Shown: positions 11,501 to 18,268 of the stretch, piece after piece
Layout of the letters: every line of letters starts with the position of its first letter
Numbering within the stretch: position 1 is the first letter of the stretch
Virus record (IMG/VR): IMGVR_UViG_3300017912_002029
Coordinates: 1 to 31,913 of that record
DNA from: a virus
Lineage: Duplodnaviria > Caudoviricetes
Reading direction: 5' to 3' (one strand)
DNA: 31,913 nt
The notes under the pieces: generated by a model
The model's input: only the letters and a program-made list of their open reading frames with translations
Database searches by the model: none
Told to the model about the DNA's origin: nothing
Position numbers and translations under genes: made by a program

Positions 11501-12644
11501 CACCAGTAAAATCACCTGCTGGTTCACCAGGAGTTGTAGTTTCATACATATTATCTGCATCATCAGATTCTGTAAAATCTAAAGCTATAACCTGACAATT
11601 ATAATCTTTGTGACTTAAATTCTGTTCATTTAATGATGGATAATAACCATAATTAAAAGGACTATAAACTTGATTAGATGTTGAATTTCTCCAAACAAGA
11701 CGTACATTATCACCATTTGAATGTGATGTTGCTGTAGAACCATAAACTGCTCTAACTACAGTTAATTGATTTACAGATATACTTTCTATAAATATTAACT
11801 CATCATTTATTAATATTATATCTCCTTTTTGAAACTCTGATGCATCAGCAATATCAATAGTAGTTGTAGAAGAATCGCTACCTCCGCTTTCTGTAGTTTT
11901 AATTGTATTATCTTGCCAATTAGTATCTTGTATTCTATTAAATAATTCTGCTTGTATTGATGTAGGAGCTTTACACTCTGCATGTGTATATAGCCATGCG
12001 CTTTCTTTATTCCATGATGGAGTATCTGTAGAATCATAATTAACGTTATCTTTACCAATAAATTTAGTTTTCTTTACTACACCAAACCATTTATTAGTCA
12101 TACCAAATTGTTTAAAATTTGAATCCCATATTCTAATACTGTTATTTTTACTTACAAAATTAGAATGTACAGGAGCTTTAATATAATCTTCATCTTCATA
12201 CAATGGTAAAACATTTGTTAAAGCAGTCCATTGTTCACTTTGACTTTCTCTTAAAGCTATTCCTGCTTTACTTCCAGTGTTAGTATCTACAGGGTCAAAT
12301 AATTTAGCAATCACATTTACAGAAGTTTCACTACCTAAATTAGAATATACGTTTTTACCAATTGTATCTGACCCATGAAGATATGTACCACCTTTTAAAC
12401 CTTCTTCATTAACAATATCATAATCACTTCTAAAGAAAAACAATCCCCAACCATCTTCTTTGATTTCAATTTTATCAACTTCTTCAATATAATTGGTTGC
12501 TCCTCCAGAAAGTTTAATTTGTCCAATAGTGTCAATATTTACATTAGAAAGATTAGGAGATTGATTATCTTCTATATCTCTAGGACTAACATAATTATTT
12601 AAACCACCTTCAAATCTATCTATTTTTAATGAAGTTTTTGGCAT
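8502..12644 (-). CDS. Tail stabilisation/nozzle protein (P22 gp10 / T7 gp12-like), 1380 aa
   Basis: N-terminal FEGGLN...PRDIEDNQSPNLSNV and C-terminal TKDIDFGEASRNKRIYKLYITY resemble podovirus stabilisation proteins; propeller-like central region; adjacent to the fibre gene. Confidence 0.65.
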   Translation of the reverse strand: MPKTSLKIDRFEGGLNNYVSPRDIEDNQSPNLSNVNIDTIGQIKLSGGATNYIEEVDKIEIKEDGWGLFFFRSDYDIVNEEGLKGGTYLHGSDTIGKNVYSNLGSETSVNVIAKLFDPVDTNTGSKAGIALRESQSEQWTALTNVLPLYEDEDYIKAPVHSNFVSKNNSIRIWDSNFKQFGMTNKWFGVVKKTKFIGKDNVNYDSTDTPSWNKESAWLYTHAECKAPTSIQAELFNRIQDTNWQDNTIKTTESGGSDSSTTTIDIADASEFQKGDIILINDELIFIESISVNQLTVVRAVYGSTATSHSNGDNVRLVWRNSTSNQVYSPFNYGYYPSLNEQNLSHKDYNCQVIALDFTESDDADNMYETTTPGEPAGDFTGETNASDSTYGWGLATDGINNWSQEFDGIQFMYEFVEQTDQDELAWLDGFKYRFYASLLYDGDTDSDFQESSLVDITPLNSNILAKKAKLYCNLSIKWTGMNDDAGQRTTTDYLTNTESTTTETERNKELYINPRVTGCKIYYSSSEDNDNQKFVLLTASFDENNGIKRDGGSYMPWCPVNYGNASNVLKSHYRVSSKSDDTEVNINNSHRIDLSTVRNSGNAWLFNSPPSGTTYEGGDITNVLYKCSTEINGVRYVGNVCYPVNWDETKSEVQDASFEDLTRGTKYGDRIIVSPARQYDILNPENYLDVAINDGDEIVHLESLGSYLLQYKKDVLYILNVNTDQIAPVVAGTYKFKGVEKPYHVVKTDKEVFWINELGAYIFNGETVQDVSQYKLDSKIIKSLFADAISKPIVGYDIVERTVYIHSPENYILSYHIDNQAWCKLKESFPVTGKFSNFANDENGNLVFSVFNSEIDGSNVNGLYFYKDDYDNGSKHYLGTSSTSPTDINGESFTFSSSAFPVGRILNVKNTGLTSSYINDNGLNFKKFTFFDTSINTNISLFTDSVAGNSAPHIDINDILKINENVLYFNFDNTTYRIEGLEGYWQVTQVRPEAPFIIDEIPTEERTPDTEEDDDVIIQEGVNYPYSFKLTKRTDVGVGIHKENLKIYNDATGIDVTSAIINEIRNTASTIDDDTTVINFLNNVGNLTDLNWNTVFEKERRNITDGHLLNKNNYFDGNYRVKANLGTHLELSSAFGDGQVIQSQGGNIPNFSRLYYDLRSSNPLSNTPKVVVTNEDHYAYIPESNMQLLNRNPQSSGNFFVLTKDIDFGEASRNKRIYKLYITYIASSIANARVFVIVTTKKGVKLLFPDTSKCKNYGIIQNPEISDITVDSNLNPGEIESFFQSGGFLVDFGSDISNPFSSKVAEIQFDDPENYLKNALSIQVGICPSGFNLKHFDIETVSLINDPSSDMTAESYSFLEVPSNFSINDINIVYRGKNVK

Positions 12645-12820
12645 TATTTACCTTTCTTATTTAATACGCCTTCAAGTACTTCCATAAAAGCATCAAATAA
12701 AGAACCAAAGATTTTTTCTTCTTTAGCTTCAGAAATTAAAGGTAAGTTAACTTTTTTATTAATACCATCAATTATCTCTTCTCTATTGCTTTTTAAATAA
12801 GCTATTATCATATCTACCAT
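12644..12820 (-). CDS. Small hypothetical protein (58 aa)
   Basis: Not in track. MVDMIIAYLKSNREEIIDGINKKVNLPLISEAKEEKIFGSLFDAFMEVLEGVLNKKGK; GGAG RBS; TAATG overlaps at both ends. Confidence 0.8.
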   Translation of the reverse strand: MVDMIIAYLKSNREEIIDGINKKVNLPLISEAKEEKIFGSLFDAFMEVLEGVLNKKGK

Positions 12821-12945
12821 TATTTTCTCCCTTTTTTCATCATTCTTTTTTTCATAGCAGGTGTCATTTTTTTTCTCATTGCAGCTTTTTTTGCTTTTGA
12901 AGGTCTACCTACTTTAGACCCATATGTTCCTTTACCGTATGGCAT
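12820..12945 (-). CDS. Very basic microprotein (41 aa)
   Basis: Not in track. MPYGKGTYGSKVGRPSKAKKAAMRKKMTPAMKKRMMKKGRK; AAGGAG RBS; no acidic residues. Confidence 0.8.
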   Translation of the reverse strand: MPYGKGTYGSKVGRPSKAKKAAMRKKMTPAMKKRMMKKGRK

Positions 12946-12964
12946 TTGTTTCTCCTTTGATTAA

Positions 12965-13246
12965 TTAACAGTTCCATTTACGAAGTGACTTATTTATTCT
13001 GCTATTTGGATCTCTTGCAGTTTTTGCACTTGTAAGTCTTTTTTTCATACCTTTCATTCTAGCACAAAATGATTTACGTCTTTTAGCAGCCTTACTACCT
13101 TTTTTTAATTTTGAAGGTTTAGTAGTAACAGCCATTTTTAATTTAGATCCAGGGTTAGCTCTTCTATAAGATGCTATACCTTTTCTATTTAATCCACCTG
13201 ATTTACTCTTTCCTTCTTTTCTTTGCCATGCTGGAGTTTTAGCCAT
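12965..13246 (-). CDS. Basic phage protein (resembles DUF6321)
   Basis: 93 aa, K/R-rich, AWQRKEGK..GGLN and RRKSFCARM motifs; family name recalled from memory, not searched. Confidence 0.75.
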   Translation of the reverse strand: MAKTPAWQRKEGKSKSGGLNRKGIASYRRANPGSKLKMAVTTKPSKLKKGSKAAKRRKSFCARMKGMKKRLTSAKTARDPNSRINKSLRKWNC

Positions 13247-13488
13247 TATGCATTCCTCACTTTCTTTGCTACATCTTTAGAGTATTTAGCTTTAACTCTA
13301 CCAGATCTACTTGCTGCACGTTTTTTTCTATTTTCAGCAGATTTTTGACCAGGACTTAAACTTGCTCTAACAGATTGTGGTAAATATCTACCTCTATCTT
13401 TTTTAGGTTTTTTTTCATCACCTTTAGATAAATAACCCCATTTTTGTTGTGTCCATTTTTTTAATGATTGTTGTGATTTTTTTAACAT
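13246..13488 (-). CDS. Basic phage protein (C-terminal half of a DUF5872-like protein)
   Basis: 80 aa; QQSLKKWTQQKW...RYLP...ENRKKR; TAATG-coupled on both sides. Confidence 0.75.
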   Translation of the reverse strand: MLKKSQQSLKKWTQQKWGYLSKGDEKKPKKDRGRYLPQSVRASLSPGQKSAENRKKRAASRSGRVKAKYSKDVAKKVRNA

Positions 13489-13664
13489 TATTTATATCCA
13501 CCACCCTTTTTTTTGTAAGTACGCGCAAGAAGTTGAGCTTTACGAGCACTCCAAACACCAGCAGGTCCTCCTTTACTACCAGCTTTAATTCTTTGAAATA
13601 ATCTTTTTCTCATTGTAGGTTTTGTATAATTACCTGCTTTATTAACTGTGCTTTTCTTTGCCAT
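13488..13664 (-). CDS. Basic phage protein (N-terminal half of a DUF5872-like protein)
   Basis: Likely start 13664 (GAGGA RBS); NYTKPTMRKRLF...KGGPAGVWSARKAQLLA..YKKKGGGYK. Confidence 0.75.
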   Translation of the reverse strand: MAKKSTVNKAGNYTKPTMRKRLFQRIKAGSKGGPAGVWSARKAQLLARTYKKKGGGYK

Positions 13665-13665
13665 A

Positions 13666-13959
13666 CTAATCATCCTCTGTTTTGCGTAAAAACTTGTGTT
13701 TTAGGCCATTTCCTGATAAAGTGGCTATTATCTCCACTAAAGCTTTATATTGCCTATTTAACCCCTTCTGCTCGATTTGTATTATTTTTTGTTGATCTAT
13801 CAGCTTAATAATAATACCTTCCAACCTCCTGAAGTCTTGGTCGAGTTCTTGCATAAGAGTATGTTGGATGAATCTGTTTTGTTTCCAAATGAAGAATCCG
13901 AACGCCATGGCTACTGCCACGGGTAATCCAAATTCCTCCAATATTGTAATCATGTCCAT
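13666..13959 (-). CDS. Holin-like membrane protein (BhlA-type architecture)
   Basis: 97 aa; single N-terminal hydrophobic segment (FGLPVAVAMAFGFFIW) followed by a coiled-coil-like helix. Confidence 0.5.
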   Translation of the reverse strand: MDMITILEEFGLPVAVAMAFGFFIWKQNRFIQHTLMQELDQDFRRLEGIIIKLIDQQKIIQIEQKGLNRQYKALVEIIATLSGNGLKHKFLRKTEDD

Positions 13960-14735
13960 TATTTATTCCCATTTATTAACTCTCCCCACAGTGACGTTTT
14001 TCCGTTAATAATTTGTATAATATGTACCGTAAACAGCCCTCGAGCGTAAAAATCAACGATGGCAAAAGCATGAGCCCAATTAATTCTTCTATTATCCAAC
14101 CACTCATTTGAATTTGGCCCCATGTCTTTTAAACATCCTATACTCCATGCTGATCTTGGTCCTTCCATATGTGTAGCACTCATTTGTTGTAAATCGTGCC
14201 AATGTCCGTACATTATGTTGCATCCTAATTTGCGAATATGGTTAGCAGTATGATATTGACCCCCATATTGATGACCATGATAAAAGTATAATTTTCCCAT
14301 TTTAAGGTGTTTTCCAAATTTGACATATTTGTACCCACGGTCAGCAAGCTTAACAGCAGAAGCAAATCTATACTGAGGAATATAGGGATATTTCTCAACT
14401 GCCAAATTAAGCCAATTGTCATGATTACCCTCAGTAATATACTTTTCTTTACAACCTGCTTTATCGAGAGATTCATCAATTTGGTCCATACCTGCATTAA
14501 CATCTTTTACATCCTTATCAAAGTCTTTAATTAAATATTCTAATGGTGGTGCTTTCTTTCTTTTAAACTTCCAAGCAGAAAAACCTTCCCATTCTCCTAC
14601 ATCTCCCAGATCTACATAAGCATCTGGTTTAACTATTTCTATTGTCTTTTTTAGACAATTTATGGCTGGTTGATCGTGTAACGGAAAATGTTTATCTGGC
14701 GTTACTACGACTCTTTTTACAACTCCTTTATCCAT
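13959..14735 (-). CDS. Calcineurin-like metallophosphoesterase
   Basis: Motifs in canonical order: PDKH (DxH), LGDVGE, GNHD, HGH, GHWH. Confidence 0.9.
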   Translation of the reverse strand: MDKGVVKRVVVTPDKHFPLHDQPAINCLKKTIEIVKPDAYVDLGDVGEWEGFSAWKFKRKKAPPLEYLIKDFDKDVKDVNAGMDQIDESLDKAGCKEKYITEGNHDNWLNLAVEKYPYIPQYRFASAVKLADRGYKYVKFGKHLKMGKLYFYHGHQYGGQYHTANHIRKLGCNIMYGHWHDLQQMSATHMEGPRSAWSIGCLKDMGPNSNEWLDNRRINWAHAFAIVDFYARGLFTVHIIQIINGKTSLWGELINGNK

Positions 14736-14753
14736 AACTCCCCCTTTATTAGT

Positions 14754-14915
14754 TTAGTTTTTTAATTGTTTTCTTAACAGTGCTATTTTATAACCAAAGT
14801 ATATGATAGTAACAAACCCAACTCCTATACGTACCATATCTGGTAACATATCTAAAAATTGTATTGTTATACCACCACTACCTACTGCTACTGATTTTAG
14901 TGTATCTAAATCCAT
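14754..14915 (-). CDS. Small membrane protein (53 aa)
   Basis: Likely start 14915 (AGGA RBS); hydrophobic MVRIGVGFVTIIYFGYKIALL then a basic tail; possibly holin-like. Confidence 0.65.
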   Translation of the reverse strand: MDLDTLKSVAVGSGGITIQFLDMLPDMVRIGVGFVTIIYFGYKIALLRKQLKN

Positions 14916-14922
14916 AATAATC

Positions 14923-15675
14923 CTAATTTGTTGGAACATCATCTGCATATAATGCAGTATCTAATGTATTTATTGAATGAAATTCAAATCTATTTGAAGA
15001 TGGATCCATAAAATTGTGAACACTTGAAATATTATCAAAAGGATGATTTCCAAAACTATACCAAAAATAAGGATTATACAATCTCATATCTTGATAATTC
15101 CCATTATTATAGAATAAAGCTACATCACTAGTTTTATCTGACTTCCAAACAGCCCAATCAAAAATTTTGCCTGAAAACCAATCATTAGCTCCTCCAAAAT
15201 TTGGATTATAACCAATATATCTAAATTCACTTGCTACATCACTAGCTTCAGTATAGTTAGTGTCACTTATTACTTCACTACCATTTAAAAAAGCTTTTAA
15301 AGTATTTGTACTATTATTTAAAGATATAAATATATGATTCCAAGCTCCAGCAGTACAAGCAGAACTTGCAGTTTTTGCTGTATTATTAATTTTAACTATT
15401 AATGTCTCAGATGTATTTAACCATATTTGAACACCATCAGTGGCAGAATCAACGTGAGTATAAATAGGGCTTAAAGTAGTTTCATTATTTGGTTTAATCC
15501 ACATATGCATAGACCATGTATCTTTATGCCAAGGATCAGTCTTTTCTGCGCCAGCATCTTTTATCTGCCAGTAAGAAAGACGATTATCGGTATCTTCACC
15601 AAAATCATAGCATTTTGTAGGGCTGTACACATCTAGTGCTCCACCTTTTAAATTTGTTAAACCTAATCCTAACAT
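14923..15675 (-). CDS. LamG/concanavalin A-like domain virion protein
   Basis: MLGLGL N-terminus; WSMHMWIKP, GAWNHIFIS, FLNG and FSGKIFDWAVW match LamG-like jelly-roll signatures. Confidence 0.8.
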   Translation of the reverse strand: MLGLGLTNLKGGALDVYSPTKCYDFGEDTDNRLSYWQIKDAGAEKTDPWHKDTWSMHMWIKPNNETTLSPIYTHVDSATDGVQIWLNTSETLIVKINNTAKTASSACTAGAWNHIFISLNNSTNTLKAFLNGSEVISDTNYTEASDVASEFRYIGYNPNFGGANDWFSGKIFDWAVWKSDKTSDVALFYNNGNYQDMRLYNPYFWYSFGNHPFDNISSVHNFMDPSSNRFEFHSINTLDTALYADDVPTN

Positions 15676-15676
15676 T

Positions 15677-16018
15677 TTAAGAACCTAGATAAGCTATTAC
15701 TGCACCAGCATCTATATCTATAGTAGTCCATCTACCAAATATTGTTACCCCTCCTGGAAAAATATTAGTATTATCAATTGCATTTCCTGCAGATCCAGTA
15801 GTACCTATATATTTACCTGGTTCAGATGAAATTAAATCATTAAATTTAGCTGCTGAAACAATTGTAATTGCTACAAAGACTGTATTTGAATTACCATAAT
15901 TACTAGCTAAAAAATCAGTATCTGCAGTATCTATAAATATAGATCCACCTTGACCTAATCCTACATTATTTGATTCTTGAACTGTGAATCCGTTTAATCC
16001 ACCTTTTCTATTTGCCAT
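15677..16018 (-). CDS. Small virion structural protein
   Basis: 113 aa, beta-rich, ends FPGGVTIFGRWTTIDIDAGAVIAYLGS; AGGAGG RBS. Confidence 0.7.
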   Translation of the reverse strand: MANRKGGLNGFTVQESNNVGLGQGGSIFIDTADTDFLASNYGNSNTVFVAITIVSAAKFNDLISSEPGKYIGTTGSAGNAIDNTNIFPGGVTIFGRWTTIDIDAGAVIAYLGS

Positions 16019-16029
16019 ATTTACCTCCT

Positions 16030-16059
16030 GCCCTAAGCACTGGCTGTGCGTGAATGGGC
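16030..16059 (-). promoter_or_regulatory. GC-rich stem-loop abutting the RBS of gene 15677-16018
   Basis: Minus strand GCCC-attcac-GCAC-agcca-GTGC-tta-GGGC immediately followed by AGGAGG. Confidence 0.55.
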
Positions 16060-16066
16060 TTGTTTA

Positions 16067-16744
16067 TTATCTTATTGCATGTGAACCAGGAGCTACAACT
16101 CTCATTGTAGACACCCTAGTATTATTAAATTTTTCTACCTTTTTTCTAAATTCTTTCATAAAATATTCTTTTGCTTCTATATTTAACACTTCTTCTGCAA
16201 GCTTAGCTTTAACATAATCTACTAATGCTTTAGAAAGATACTCTGGTAAATCTATTTCTGATGTTTCGTCTGTTAAATAATTAACATCTTTATATATAAA
16301 AGGTGGTGTTAAAGTAGCTGCTCCACTAAAAGTTTGAACACTTCCATTATATTTTGTATTTAAAAATACAGCAGTAGAATTATCTACTTTTTCAATTATT
16401 TCATGAGGACCATTTAATGTTTTATGATTTGAAATAACAATATAATCACCTTTATTAAAAGTAGCAGCAGAGTCTAATGTTAATCTAAGTTTTCCATTAG
16501 TTTCTGTTAAACTAGCAATATCTACAGTATCTGATTCATCATTTATTCTATAAATAGGAGAATATACATATTGTATTTCTAATCCATTTGTTATACTTGA
16601 TAATGGAGATTTCCATTGAGCTCTATCACTACCAGGTCCAAAATCTTTAGAATTAAGATCATTATCAAAAGTAGTATCTCTTTCTACTATTGCTAAATTA
16701 TTGCTACCTTTTACATAATATCCGTATTGTTTTAGTTCTGCCAT
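16067..16744 (-). CDS. Head-tail connector/adaptor-type virion protein
   Basis: Likely start 16744 (GGAG RBS); C-terminal IDLPEYLSKALVDYVKAKLAE..AKEYFMKEF resembles adaptor C-termini; located after the capsid genes. Confidence 0.55.
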   Translation of the reverse strand: MAELKQYGYYVKGSNNLAIVERDTTFDNDLNSKDFGPGSDRAQWKSPLSSITNGLEIQYVYSPIYRINDESDTVDIASLTETNGKLRLTLDSAATFNKGDYIVISNHKTLNGPHEIIEKVDNSTAVFLNTKYNGSVQTFSGAATLTPPFIYKDVNYLTDETSEIDLPEYLSKALVDYVKAKLAEEVLNIEAKEYFMKEFRKKVEKFNNTRVSTMRVVAPGSHAIR

Positions 16745-16745
16745 A

Positions 16746-17027
16746 CTATACTCCGTCTGCATCTACAACTTTAGGTTCATATATAAGTCTTGGTATTCTT
16801 CTATATTCATCTTTGTTGTTTAAATGATTTTTTGCTCTTACTTCTAAAACTTTAATAACATCTTTAGGTAGCTCATAAAATCTTTTGTCCTTATCTATAT
16901 CTATTCTTTGTGTAGTAACGTGAGTTTCAGAAATAGTATTTATTTCTTCTAACCCATCTTTGATATAGGCTATAATTTTACCAGTAGAACTACTGTTTAC
17001 TCTTTCCATTAATTCTCTAACCTTCAT
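16746..17027 (-). CDS. Adaptor-like virion protein (93 aa)
   Basis: N-terminal helices (IIAYIKDGLEEI) followed by YELPKD, resembling adaptor N-terminal halves. Confidence 0.55.
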   Translation of the reverse strand: MKVRELMERVNSSSTGKIIAYIKDGLEEINTISETHVTTQRIDIDKDKRFYELPKDVIKVLEVRAKNHLNNKDEYRRIPRLIYEPKVVDADGV

Positions 17028-17860
17028 TATTCTTCTCCTCTAGCTTCTTGAGGTCTGCTAAATAAATTAAAAAATTGATTATATTGTTCTTGATAAGAAA
17101 GTTTAGCTTCTCTTAATGTTCTTACTAACTCTTCATCTTCTTCTTCATTTCCAGCTTTTATAATTAATGTATTTATTAAATGCATTATTACATACACAAA
17201 TAATATGTGTTGATATTTATCTGGATATTTGTAAAATACTGAATTATCAATAGAAAATAATATTTTAAACACACCATCAGTATTATCTAGTGGATTTAAA
17301 AATTCTTGATTCTCTCCTAATATCAAATCTCTTATACTACTATCAATATTATAAACAATTTGTTTTACTATAACTTTAGTTCTTTCTACTGAACCAGGTA
17401 TAGGTACAACTTTAACAACATTTTTAACATCACCAATTTGACCATCAACTGAAGATACAGAAACATTTTTTGGTGTAATAACATATCCTGGATTAGTAGA
17501 ACTTCTAAATTTTAAACTTGTTTTATCTTGTGCTATATAGTAATCATTTAAAGGTATTAAATCAGCACTTTTTATAAATTTACTACCATGAGTATTATTA
17601 CTATCAAATTCTTCTCTTAAAACTGAAATTACATCTCCTAAAACTATTAACTCAGAATCATAATCATTTTCTTCTTCCCTTATAGAATCATTATATTCAT
17701 AAAGTTCTGAAGTTTCCTGTATAAAATGTTGAGCTTTATTTGCATCTAAAGATATAATTCTTTGAGTAATTTCAGAAACACCATCACAAAATAAGTCTAT
17801 AAGAAATTTATCACTTTGATCATGTTGTACTATTGTTTGTATTTTATCTCTTAATTTCAT
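17027..17860 (-). CDS. Head completion/adaptor-like virion protein
   Basis: Likely start 17860 (AAGGA RBS) rather than 17881; C-terminal YPDKYQHILFVYV...EEDEEL...YQEQYNQF. Confidence 0.55.
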   Translation of the reverse strand: MKLRDKIQTIVQHDQSDKFLIDLFCDGVSEITQRIISLDANKAQHFIQETSELYEYNDSIREEENDYDSELIVLGDVISVLREEFDSNNTHGSKFIKSADLIPLNDYYIAQDKTSLKFRSSTNPGYVITPKNVSVSSVDGQIGDVKNVVKVVPIPGSVERTKVIVKQIVYNIDSSIRDLILGENQEFLNPLDNTDGVFKILFSIDNSVFYKYPDKYQHILFVYVIMHLINTLIIKAGNEEEDEELVRTLREAKLSYQEQYNQFFNLFSRPQEARGEE

Positions 17861-17873
17861 TTTATCCTTTATT

Positions 17874-17916
17874 TGCCCCACCCCCCAGGGGGAGAGAAGA
17901 ATCCCAGCGGGGGGCA
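17874..17916. promoter_or_regulatory. Very GC-rich intergenic stem-loop downstream of the capsid and decoration genes
   Basis: TGCCCC (17874-79) pairs with GGGGCA (17911-16), enclosing C6/G5 runs; no U-tract follows on the minus strand. Confidence 0.55.
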
Positions 17917-17942
17917 GAACAATTGTTATTAGATATTAACTA

Positions 17943-18257
17943 TTATGCTTTTTTAATAACTAAAACACGAATAGTGGCAGAACCTAAGTCCTTAGTAACA
18001 CCACCAATGTTTTTAGCATTAACAGTAACTACATCAGCAGCAGAGACAGATGCAGACATAATAATGTCTTCATTATCTATGCTTAAAGAAGCTAATGCAA
18101 AATCACCTAAAGCAGCACCAGGACAGCTTACTGTTGTAGCTTCATCAGCTTCGTCAACTAAACTTCCATAGTCATGTGTTTTAGACGCTAACAAAGCATT
18201 AGCAAATAAGTTTAACTTATCACCATCTTTGTTTTGTCCATACATTGGAATTGCCAT
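17943..18257 (-). CDS. Capsid decoration/auxiliary protein
   Basis: 104 aa, beta-rich (GAALGDFAL...VSAADVVTV), immediately after the major capsid gene; strong AAGGAGG RBS. Confidence 0.65.
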   Translation of the reverse strand: MAIPMYGQNKDGDKLNLFANALLASKTHDYGSLVDEADEATTVSCPGAALGDFALASLSIDNEDIIMSASVSAADVVTVNAKNIGGVTKDLGSATIRVLVIKKA

Positions 18258-18268
18258 AATTAACCTCC

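Noticed and set aside
11816-14503. Out-of-frame minus-strand ORFs 11816-12058 and 14225-14503
   Set aside because: Composition is as expected for the +1 frame of AT-rich genes, and I saw no independent support for translation.
16400-16500. Segment resembling the E1 FCCH-like beta domain as part of the ubiquitin-like system
   Set aside because: This small barrel is common in phage structural proteins; the gene lies among head-tail adaptors and has no adenylation motif.
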